The translations under genes and the position numbers were made by a program. The notes under the pieces are model-generated. The model was not told where the DNA came from and made no database searches. It saw only the letters and a program-made list of their open reading frames with translations. This document shows positions 1 through 10,953 of a stretch of 64,000 bases of DNA, in pieces (positions within the stretch are counted from its first letter, which is position 1; every line of letters begins with the position of its first letter). Location of the stretch: contig NW_003314288.1 in assembly GCF_000143415.4 (NCBI RefSeq), positions 1,904,042-1,968,041 of the forward strand. The letters run 5' to 3'. The stretch is from Selaginella moellendorffii (taxonomy: Eukaryota > Plantae > Lycopodiophyta).

Positions 1-101
1 AGCATTTTTATATTTTTTCTTTTCAACTGGATGCCTGCATATATGCTTGTCCCTAGTGTAGTCATCTCGGTGGATCTCATTTATGAAGGCTCTCTTTGCA
101 G

Positions 102-738
102 GTCCTGGAGGCACTGAGACGACTTAGAGGGTCCACGAAAGAAGGGAATCGACGAGGCAAGCTAACCGGGCCCGCGAAGATCGCCTTCGACCAGCTTACA
201 GAAGATGCAATGAAGCTGATGGACATCGGTGAATCAGGTTTGTCGCCTCAAAAGCCTCGTCTCCAACTCTTCTAATCTTTGCTCAAAATTCTTCCAGACG
301 TCTACGACAAGGTGCAAGAGAAGTTTCGACGAGAAGCAGGTGAATCAATCCTCCAGAGCTTGCTCTCTGCGTGTTTACGGACTTCTTCGCTTGCAGATGC
401 TGTGCTACAAGAGGAAGTAGATATCTTCTCGGATGAACCTCAAGCGTCAGAGCCTGGCGAGGCGGATGCCACTGGATATGTCTACGATGGATCCTCCGGG
501 TATGAGACCTCTCGACAAGAGCAAGCATTCATATCGTTCTAAGCCGCGGCTTTGACAACGCAGATACTACTACAACGCCGAGACGGGATACTACTACGAC
601 CCGAGCTCGGGCCTGTTTTGTAGCGCGGCATCCGGCCAGTGGTAAGCTCCATTTTTCTCTCTGGACTGGAGCTTGAATCGAGTCTCTTCCAGGTTTAAGT
701 TCGATGAAGCAACGAATGCGTATGTAGAGGCGGTTTGA
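102..738 (+). CDS. CD2BP2: 3' exons of a CD2BP2/U5-52K (LIN1)-like spliceosomal protein with a C-terminal OCRE-type aromatic repeat; the gene starts before the window
   Basis: GT-AG spliced exons give VLEALRRLRG...AFDQLTEDAMKLMDIGESDVYDKVQEKFRREA...GYVYDGSSGYYYNAETGYYYDPSSGLFCSAASGQWFKFDEATNAYVEAV*; stop TGA at 736-738. Confidence 0.75.
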
Positions 739-889
739 TCAGCTTGTAAAAAAGAACCATAAGAAATACAAGAATGGTTTCGAGTCGAACAGAACGTTCA
801 CTATAAAAGTTAAGCTCGGCAGTCCAAAACTTTCACTATAACGCTAATCCTCGCAAAATATGCTCGTTTCTCAAACCTTGCAAACCTTC

Positions 890-3800
890 TTAGATGTAAA
901 ACATGGTGTTCCGGATCTTCTCGTGCATCGGAGGAAGCGGCCGCACTGGTCCAGAGGGAACTCGTCGAGCAGCACGCCTCCCTCCACGAGAACCACCAGC
1001 AGGACCACCTCCGGCGTCCGACCCTCCCCCACTCGCCGTCGTTGGAGGCGTGGAGCCCTCGGGATCCACCCAAGCCTGCGCTCGCTGTGCTGCCAAGTGA
1101 GCGTAATAGCACGGTGGAACTGCGAGAGAAGTTATCGTTTTTGCATCGAAAGAGACAAGCTTCGGACTTACCATACGAAACAGCTCGGGTGCAGCGAGAG
1201 TAGAGGTAGCAGAGGTCGTGCGTGAACTGCTGGATCTCGTTAGCAGTAAACCCATTCTCGTCTTTGAGGACGTGGTAGTGCACGGGCCGGCTAGTCCCCT
1301 GCACAGTGCCGCAGGCAAGTTTAAGAATGAGAAATCACTGTGGGGATTTCTTGGGAGTACCTTGATTCCCTGGTGGCTGCAAAGGTAGAAGTCGAAGTTT
1401 GTCGGATGGCACACGACTTTATCGACGATTGTCCCCGGGCTGATGTTCTGGTTTTTCCCAGTTGGCTTCGTGGCTGGGAAAAAACAGGTATGGTGTCTCT
1501 TTTGCACCACTATGAACGTGATCTTGGGACCCTTTGATGGTTGCTTGGACCGCTTTTCAGCCTGCTCCGGAGGCCCACCGCTCCAGCCTAGAGCGGAACA
1601 AGCCTGCGACGTGCCAAGATTTTAGACACCCGATCGAAGTCAAAATGTTTACAAACTTACTCGCTGAAGCGACTCGTATTCGCTACGAAGCACAGCTTCG
1701 AACTGTCCTTCGCTTACTCCGTCTCTGGAATGTTAATGTAAGCTTCTAAATCCCGACCATTTCCTTTTGTTACCTGTAATAAATTATACGCTCAGGGATA
1801 AAGTTCGTCCGGTGATGGAATGCCATCAACATCTCCCTGTTGCAAAGAAAAACAGAAAAACAATGTTAATGCACCACACCGTAAGAACACACTTACTTGA
1901 AAATGCCACCACTGACACTACGGCCCTGCTCGTCAACGTTCTCCCAGAACAGGTCGTCCAACATCTCCTGTCGCGAAGGCTGACTTCTCACGACCGTCGC
2001 ATACTGCGCAAACCCGGGCCAATCCATACTCGCCACAACCTGGATGTTCTTTATGTCAGTGAGAGCATCCATCTTTATATCGTTACGTACCGCTGCCATT
2101 GAGCACCCTGTTTCCTCCCCAGCACGAGGATGAGAAACGTCCGCACCGATTATCAGAGTTGGCGAGTCTGCTACCGGCTTGCATTTCTTCAGATCTTGCG
2201 CACATATAACTGCGTTTTTCCCTCCGAACTGTCGAAACCTCGTCAATAGCCAACGAAAGAAAACATTTCGCATAATACCTTGGCATTGATTTTTAAAATA
2301 AGGTTTGCGAGGTAGCGAGGATCACACTTCCTAATTTTACCCTCCTGCGCGCATTGAGTTATGACGCCAAGTTCAAGCTCGCATAAGCGCTTGATAGTCA
2401 CTGTGAAGAAGGAAGAAGTGTTCACTGAACATGAATCACAGTCACCGCAAATCTTACCATAAAATGGCTTGTGTTCACGATCTGGTAGAATGCACACGAG
2501 CAGCTGGAGCTCGATATTCCGCTCCGCAAGTTTTTTCACGGAAGACCGTATCGCTTCGTCCACCGTCTGTGGAACAGTCACCACCAGCGGAGGCATTACG
2601 ACATTCACGTCCAAGCCCTGTAAAAGAAGCATTAAGAAAAGCTAGTAAAAGAAGAATTCTGCAGACGTACCACTCCATAAGAAAGACATGCTGACGAGAG
2701 CTGCTGTGCTATCCTTTGAAGGTCATTTTCTCTCACACGGTTAGAGCAGCTAATAATGCCCCAATGTTTGATCTCCCGCCCTTCAACCATTTTCTGCACG
2801 CATTCATCTGCGTCATGAATAGCACAATCTTCCCAATTGCTTGCACCTTGTTTATCATGTTCCACGTCCCATCGCGGGGACAAATTTCACCATTTCCATA
2901 CTTCACCTGCACTTACGAATTTTTATTTGTCTACTTCACGAGGTCTGCTAGTAAACCCAACCTTTGGAGGATTAAGAACTCGAGCTGGAACTCTAGTCCA
3001 GTTAGGATTGATTTCCACTCCGAACTCTTTGGCGTGATCTTCACTTTGTTTTTTCAGATTTAAGCAGGCCTGGACAAAAACGTTTGTCGAGGTAGAAATG
3101 AAGCTGCCCAAACCTGTTGTGTGGCGTTCACGCGTTGCTCAGGTAGGCAGCATGTCATTGCAGAGAGCCCCTTTCTCTGGTCGTCATTCACCCTTCTGGT
3201 AAAATTCTGGCCCTTAACGAGTCGGCAGAGCTGCCCAACAACAATGGATTACTCGTCAAACAGCAGAAGGATAGGCAAACCTCGAGCGGGATATACTTTT
3301 TCCGATCACCGGATCCTTGCTCCACAGCAGGAAACCCCCCAAAAGCCAGGTTTAAACCATAAGTTTGCCGAAAATAATCGGCTACAGAAACTTGCATGCC
3401 ATTCATATTAAAGCTTTACAAAAACGACGTTAGCGAAGAACACGAACTTGAAAGCAGGGGGCACTTACTTCAAAGTTTCCAGTGGCTGTCGCGTCAAGCT
3501 CACAATCTTGAGTTTTCGTTTGGTCTTGCAGTGACTTGTTTCCACCTTGAGGCCTTTCACCAGCTTCTTCATCTACACAAAAGATCGCTTTGCTTAGGAA
3601 AAGCACATTCTAAGATGAAGGAAAAAAAAGAAAGAAAGAGAAATCTCAACCTTGACGCGGTAAGTGTCGCCCTGTGCATCCTGCCGACGCATGTTACGAT
3701 CCAGATCGCGAGGATCGGCACCAAAAGACCGGCTCACAAACTCCACCAGAGTCTGCCCCTCCTTGATAAACGCATTCCCGGTCATGTCTGCGAGAAGAAA

Positions 3801-4663
3801 AAATAAAGAATAAAAGAACGCAACCTGGAAACTCTGGAAACTCGTACCAATGTTAAGGACGAGCAAATTGTCCTGTGCTGGACGGATGGACATATAGAAG
3901 CCTTGCCACGCGACGAGGCCCCCTCCAAGATCCTTGTTTCCCAGGTTAGGGGAGAAGAAAGACCGACCACCAGGAACAAGGCTGCATTGAGTTCCACCCT
4001 TTTAGACAAAGAAAGAAGGAAGAACAAGAGCGAGCGTTCTTACTTCTTCGAGTTCGTAGCACACTCCCTCAAGACGAGATCCATGACTTGGATCGTGTCG
4101 TGTGGGCAAACAGTGGTTCTCCCGCCTAGAAAATTCGCGAGCGAGCCCAAATTCGGCCTCGAGGCAAGCCGCAGTGTGACACGAAAGTCTGTGTCTCTCC
4201 TGGCAACATACATTGCTCGAAATCAGCACAAACGAGAGAAAAAGCCTCGAAATCTTGCCTCCTTCTTCCACTATCGTCGACATCCCCGAGCTTCACGTCC
4301 AGCTCTAGGCTATCGCCGATCGATTTCGCCGTGTAGAGGCTCTTCTCTCCATCGTAGACCGGCAAGCACTGGATCTTCTCATTCTTGTACTGCTCGATCA
4401 TGGCCTGGATGATGGCTCGCTTGAATCCCGCGGGAACATCGGGGGTCACAACCACCTGGAATCGCAAGAACCAGCGGCAAGGACGCGAAATAAGCAAGGA
4501 GAGAAGGATCGATCGAGCAAGAACCTACATCGTAGTGGAAAACATTCCTCGTCTTGTCGAAGCGCACCCAGAAATTATTGGCCAGCACCGTCGTCCCCGT
4601 TCCCGCGGTGCCATAGCCCGGCCGGCGCGCGAGGATCACCGTCGTCGGAGCTCCCTCCGCCAT
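890..4663 (-). CDS. AGO: Argonaute (N-PAZ-MID-PIWI), about 20 short introns, divergent member resembling the AGO1/5/10 type
   Basis: Motifs [102 protein letters not shown]; ATG at 4663, stop at 890-892; DEDH tetrad intact. Confidence 0.95.
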
Positions 4664-4968
4664 AGCTCTCGCCTTCTCTCCACACACAACGAAAGAAACC
4701 CCTCGCCAATTGGAAAAATGGGAAGGCTGGGATTGGACGGCTGGGATGGAAGGAGGGAGATCTAACGGCTGGAATGTCAACAGTTAAGAAGATGGTAAGT
4801 GCTGACGGCTATAGGGCGTACTGTTGGATCGTGAGTAGCACATTTAGCTTTCTAGGCTAGTCGATTGGTTTTAATCATGGCGATCGATCTAAGCGACTGC
4901 TTTGATTGGAGTATATCATTCATAAGTTTGATTACTTTGTACTAATAAAATTCCTCACTAATTCATTC

Positions 4969-7519
4969 TTAAGCATTCGTCCATTCTAAATGCAAGTGAA
5001 GCTTTCCAGCCGCTCGAGGAGAAAGCGTCACTACTTCGTAGTATGATCTCTCGGTGAGAACTTTGGAGAGTGTAAGCGCACAACTTCCCATAAAATCCTG
5101 GAAAGAAAACTTGTTAGATCCATGGAGCTCTAAGTTTTTCTATGGAAGATCCACCTTTCCAAACACATCGCGGTCCCAAACTTCCACCACAACCATATCG
5201 TTCCTCGCGTCCTCCACGGGGAATTGAAACCTTTGGTTCCACTCCGGATTGAGCGTCTTGCGCATCACCTGGAAGAAAGTTCTCTAAAACTTTAGAACAC
5301 CCCTCAAGAACAAGCTCTAACACCACTTACGCTGGTCTTTTGCATCTTCGCTTTGCTTCCTTTCATGTAAATCACCACATATGGATCCGACTTGCCATTG
5401 AAATCCTTGGCCACCAAGTTCTCCCCTCGAATCACCGTCACGCCCAGCGTTCCACTAGCAGCTAGCTGATCGTCGCCCGAGGACAAGACTCGATAGTGCA
5501 CGGCAGCCGGCTTGATGAAGCTCTTGGATGAAAGCTTTGATGCCAAAGAGGAAGCTCGCCTGTGGTGCTGGACGCCATTTACGAGCGGTGTTCTTGGTGT
5601 TTGTGACTTTGTACCACCTTCCGGCCGTGAATCCACGTCTAGCGGCATGTAAAGAAGCTCGAGCTGGACCTGTTGTCATTGGAATGCTAAATGGAAAGAA
5701 AGAAGAGCTTGCATGAAGTTTACCTGGCCTCTATACTTGTTTTCCTTCTTGTTGCCGAGATCCTTGACGAGTGGAAGCCAGTACTCGGTTAAGCTCCCCG
5801 GCTGTAGCTCTCTCACCGGCACTTGAGTCGATCCGATTAGCTCCGAGGCCTGGACGCTGTCTTCGTCGAAAATGTGAACAAACAGCTTCTGCGTTGCCGG
5901 ATCTTCTATTTCAAACTCAAAAACTTCGTTCCATACCGGGTTCAGGTCGTTATCCTGCAAAGTTTTCAAAGATTCATGAAGAAAAAAAATTCGTAAGACT
6001 TCCTTACGATTGTTTTGGTTCTTTTTCTCCGGGCCGGTATGGGACGGATAAAGAGCTGCGCGAAAGGATCGGATTTTCCAAACAAGTCCATGTTGAGCAA
6101 GTCTTTCGCTTGTACCACCTTGACAACTAGTCTTCCACACGTACGGAGTTGGAGATCACTGTTATACGGCACCAAGAAATCTGTGTCGAGTGAAGTTCAT
6201 GAAAGATGCGTGAGTTACCTATAGTCACCCGCGAGAATTGGCACAACTTGCCGCATTGGCCAGAGGAACGAGTCCGTCACCGCCGTTCTTATCATTCCCT
6301 ATAGATTATACGTTCATGGGAGAAAAAACAAGGAGTAGAGAGCAAACACAACGCTTACATCGATTGCTCCTGCAAGCACTGGAAATGCTTTGATGTCTCC
6401 GCCGATAAACTTGAGCTTGAAATCAAGTTTTTTCTGGCAACAATGAACAGCACTCTCAGCAAAAAGATGGGAGAAAAATCACTGCTAACCTGTTCACGCA
6501 GCGAGTACATAATGGCTCCAAAGCACGGGAAAGTATCGACTAGAGGCTTGAGAACAACGCGAAAGACACCAGTTACTCCAATGTCCTTCACCTTTTTTTG
6601 TGTTTTCCATAGAAGTTTGACAAACATGAGCGGAAAAATGCTTAAGATTTTCAACGCGCGCTACCTGTACTGGTGGGAGCGACACTCCAAGCATGGTTTT
6701 CACGCCAAGTATAATGCTGGGATTCCCATCCCACTGCAGCTCCATCTCCAACACGATCTCATCGTCGGTTGTTTCCACCTTTTGTATGCCTGCACAAAAG
6801 AAAACAAGAAAAAGGCTCCACAAAGTCACTCCACTTTCAAAAGTTTGTGGCAAGGAACTGTGATTCTTGGACCTACAAACTGTGGCGCGACAGTGCCGAG
6901 CGTGAACTTTTGGAACTTGAGAGAAGAAATAACCGGGGGTTTGTATTGCTCCAGTATGGGTTCCACGATAACTCTAGTGAGCTCCGAGGTTGCCTGTTAA
7001 ACAAAATCACGAGAACTTGAGACTTGTTTTTCTAAAAAAAATAAAAATTTTTCTCGACGAACCTGATCTATGAATGGCCACATCTTCCGGAGCTCGTAGT
7101 TTAGCCACGACACCTATAGAAAAAGAAAGAAAAGAAGGCGGTGTTACTTAATAGAGAAGAAAACCAACCGGTGTTACTTAACAGAGAAGAATTGTTAGCG
7201 AGGAAGAAACACTAGAGGCTTTAACTGAACCTTGTCATACTGGGTGAAGAGGACCCACTGCGGTAAAGACTGCTTGCTAAAGAGCTTCCTCACATCCTCC
7301 ACGCTTAGTTGCGAGAATGCCGCCGTGGAGACCGCCTGCCGCGAGGAAGCAAAATTTGGGATGATTGGAGAAGGCTCTAGAATGCAGAGAAAACGAAAGA
7401 AGAGGAGCACTCACCAGTTTCCTGCGAGCTTGGGATCGCTGGTTCTCGCAGAGAACGAAGGCGATCGTCAGCGCTAGGCCGAGAAGAAGCCCCAAAACGA
7501 AGCCAATCACCAGGCCCAT
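4969..7519 (-). CDS. SYT: Plant synaptotagmin (N-terminal TM, SMP domain, two C2 domains), SYT4/5-like
   Basis: Hydrophobic N-terminus MGLVIGFVLGLLLGLAL; SMP motifs LPQWV, WPFIDQA, FTLGTVAPQF, LQWDGNPSI; C2 motifs AKDLLNMDLFGKSDPF, LNPVWNE, KDFNGKSDPYV; last exon ends LHLEWTNA*. Confidence 0.9.
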
Positions 7520-7828
7520 GATGTAGCACCATCCACGGATTCGATCCGCGAAAATCGATCGAGAAAAGCGGGAGTGACCACTTTAATTCCTGATACCCTC
7601 CTCTTTCTCTTCACTGGCCGCTCTCTACTACTACGCTACCTTTGAGAGAAAAAATTGGATCCTGGATTGGATGAATCGAAGCTGCCGCCCTTCCCACCGT
7701 GACGTGGTAATCTTCGTTCCGCACATGGAATATTCCGGGGAATGATTCTTTCCGGTACGGTACTTTTAAACCTTCGATTGTACCATTTCCTTTTATCGAA
7801 GTGGAACGTTTTCGCATTGTTTGCTCGA

Positions 7829-8328
7829 TCATTCTTCTCGAGTGATTGGCTCCAGCGTCACCACCTCGAGGATCTCCCCGTCGCTCCAATGCAGCGCCTT
7901 GAGATCAGCCGCGGGATCGACGGCGGCGCCCTTGATCTCGGAAGAATCGAGTGTGGAGCGGAAGAGACTTATCATCTTCGTGTTCTTCAGGGCTTCGAGC
8001 ATCTGGACCTACCAAGGAAGAAATAAAGATCGATCAAAAACCAAATCAAAGCAAGCACGATTGTTGGAAAAGAAATGTAGCACCACGCCCCACTACCTTG
8101 GTCCGGAAGACGGTAGCGCTGCGTACTCCATGCATCCTGAGCACCTGATCGACGATCCAATTTGGGATCAAAGATTGAAGAAAAACCCATCCAATCGAGT
8201 GGATCCATCCAAATTACCTCTTCCAGGCTCTTGGTAAGAATCCCCTTTGTGAGCATCTCCTCCTCCGGAAGCTGCGACTGCCGAAACAGCGAAGTGTACT
8301 CCTCTGTGGTGACGCTCGACAGCGCCAT
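7829..8328 (-). CDS. Small (~112 aa) three-exon protein resembling a conserved uncharacterised plant family
   Basis: Spliced reading MALSSVTTEEYTSLF...LEE|VLRMHGVRSATVFRTK|VQMLEALKNTKMISLFRSTL...DLKALHWSDGEILEVVTLEP* with canonical GT-AG sites; MHG, RSTL and L.W motifs recall an uncharacterised angiosperm family. Confidence 0.6.
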
Positions 8329-9561
8329 AGCCGCCGCCGCCGCCTTCACCCTTCTTGTAATTCTTAAGTGGAATCTAAACTAACCTTCACATAGTTTTAA
8401 TAACCTTTCTTCCAGTATTTGGATAAAAGGAACCTTGAGTTTTAAATTTAAATTCTTGACAAAGAATATTTTACTTTTATTACTTGTAGGTTGGTAGAGG
8501 TAAAAAATACCATAGGAACAGTAAAGTATATTTCATTATGGCAAGGGTAAAAACTTTCTTTCTTGTTATGTCAAACAATCAATGAGGCAAACTTTTAGGT
8601 TGGAGAGGTATTTCCTTCATAATATTTAAGTTCTCAACTAAAGAATCAATTGAAAATGTTTCACCAATATGTATTGGCAAACAAAGTGAGTTGCTATTAA
8701 TTTCTCAAGATGATCCTCAAAATCAGAGTTTAATGCATTGAATTTTGTCATAAAGGCAAGTTTCATTTTTTTCTTATAAATAACAAGCATGTAGGGCTTC
8801 AACATCTTTATAGTACCAAATATATATAAGATAAGTAAAATAATCAAGAACAATAGGGAAAAGTAAAACATTGCACAAAGGTATAATTGTGGTGTCATAC
8901 TCCAAACATACTTTCAAATCAGGCCTCAAAATTACACCTTTTAAAGCTGTTTAACTTGCTAGATTCTAATTTAGCCTACTATTTGAATGATAAGTCACCT
9001 TGCACTAAAGTACAAAAATATTTTAGCCCTATGACTTATAAGGCAAAGAAAATTTGTATATTGTAGTATGAATAATATTTTACCAAATAGTATTAAAAAT
9101 ATCTTAAGAATATCCTAGTGTTTAACCACGGATTAGGTCTAGCATAGATGGGTAAGCAATGATAGCAACAACAATATGGGATTAAAATATTTATCACTAC
9201 TACTACTAAGATGGAGAAAAGAAAGATATATCAACAAAATATGGCAATCCATAATTCACTTTTTGATGAAAGACCTAAAATTAGATTAAAGGATGAACAG
9301 CAGAAGAAGAAGTTAATATTTCAAATAGTCAAAAGAATAAAACATTCAAAACTCAATTTTACTTAAGTATATTATATGGTGGATACTAAAGACAAGCAGA
9401 AGATGAAATGTACAACATCTGTATATGCTAGAAAGGATAATCCTTTTGGTAAAAATGGTTATTTTACTCTTCAAAAACCAACTTTGAAAAAGAATAACAA
9501 TTCCAAACAACATCAATTAAATATAACTATTTGGAAAGTAAAGAAAAAAAAGGGCTATCTA

Positions 9562-9865
9562 TGTCAGGAATCCCCCAATTCTTGCCACATTCCTGACTCT
9601 CACCGAATTCCTGACATGCAGACCACATTCATGATTCTCGAGACACTTCCCTATTATGTGGCACCTCCTCAACCTCAGCTATATTTAGGCCGTCCTCGAT
9701 CCAAGAGTGGTGGAGCTTCATTAACCTATAGTATATATAGATTAGCCTTGTTCCATTTCTCCACAATCTGAATCAATGCCAATTTAAAGCCTCTTCTTTG
9801 TTTCCACTAGCTTTTCTCTTTGTCTTTTGCATTTTCCAATCTTGATCTTGTTGGGGGTCTTGACA
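9562..9865 (+). repeat. 5' LTR of the gypsy element
   Basis: TGTCAGGA...TCTTGACA termini; TATATATA at 9732-9739; about 94-95% identical to 14692-15069 by hand count, excluding indels. Confidence 0.92.
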
Positions 9866-9964
9866 GTTTAATTCAGATTATGCTTTTTGCTTTTGTTTTA
9901 GCTCGTTTCGATTATTTGATTGCCTTTGTCTTTTATTCCTTTTTTTTTTCCTTTCTTCTTGCCG

Positions 9965-10936
9965 ATGGAGTCTCCAAGCCATCCTGATTTCTTTGCCGAA
10001 GTCCTTGCAAAAATCCAGTCTAAGAATACCGAGCTGAAGGCGACCCTTCTTCGCATGCAGCAGGAGCTTGCTTCACTTTCGGCTCAAGGATCCAACAAAG
10101 TTTCTGAACCGAAGGTGAGTTTCCCGGCGAAACTTTCAGGCAAGCATTTGGAGCTTCGCAGATTTTTGAACCAAATGGAGCTGATCTTTGCACTTCAACA
10201 TCGGCAGTACCCCACTCCCGAGTCTCAAATTGGCGCGATTGGGACGTTGCTTGAAGGTGCAGCTTTGTCATGGTTTTCTCCTCTTCTGGAGAAGAGCATG
10301 AAAGTGGTCGTGGTTCCGGAGCTGATGGATCTTCAATTGTTCAAAGAGAAGCTCGAAGCATGTTTTGGCGAGACGGATCGGGTTCGGGCTGCTACCACAA
10401 AGATGAGACATCTCTCTTAGGGGTCTCGTCCTGCCTCAATCTACGCTACAGAGTTCCAACTCCTTGCCTTGGACACTCAGTGGGATGAGCGGGCCCTGAT
10501 TGACCAATTTCGTTTCGGCCTCAACAACGGTGTCAAGGATTTGTTGCTCACCATGGAGGATCCCAAGGACTTATCGGACGCCATCAACAAAGCTGTTCGA
10601 TGTGACAATCGTCTCTTTGAACGTCGTCAGGAAAGTCGCTGCGCCGCTGTTTTTCCGTCCCAGACTTAGGAATCCCAGCTTGAGCCTTCGGGGCATACTC
10701 CTGAACCCACTGCTCCGGTCCCGATGGATATTTCTGGTACTCCCCAACTCATTAGAGGGAAGTTGAGTCCTGCTGAGAAGCAATGTCGAATATCTCATAA
10801 TCTTTGCCTCTACTGTGCTGATCCTAATCACAAAGCAGCTGTGTGTCCTAAGAAGCCTCCTCGACTGCTCGAGTTCACTCTGCCTCAAAGTCCACCTCTA
10901 TTGCAGTTGGGAAACGACCCTGTCCAAACAGAGTAA
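9965..10936 (+). pseudogene. gag: gag of the gypsy element, with in-frame TAG stops at 10418 and 10667
   Basis: LRRFLNQMELIF, LLEGAALSWF, QFRFGL..VKD, zinc knuckle CLYCADPNHKAAVC (CX2CX4HX4C). Confidence 0.88.
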
Positions 10937-10953
10937 GAGCTGTCTGTTTGGAC
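10909..10953 (+). promoter_or_regulatory. -1 programmed ribosomal frameshift signal between gag and pol
   Basis: Slippery heptamer G GGA AAC at 10909-10915, 6-nt spacer, perfect 11-bp stem GTCCAAACAGA (10922-10932) / TCTGTTTGGAC (10943-10953); the -1 frame is the protease frame. Confidence 0.8.

Noticed and set aside
890-4663. Prokaryotic Argonaute defence operon
   Set aside because: The gene has about 20 spliceosomal introns and eukaryotic PIWI motifs, and its neighbours are unrelated plant genes
7138-7195. 30-bp tandem duplication in a synaptotagmin intron, and a similar 28-bp pair at ~23723-23790
   Set aside because: Ordinary local slippage duplications with no sign of function
8638-8898. 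86-aa minus-strand ORF as a second transposase fragment
   Set aside because: Only a vague resemblance in very AT-rich DNA; not supportable
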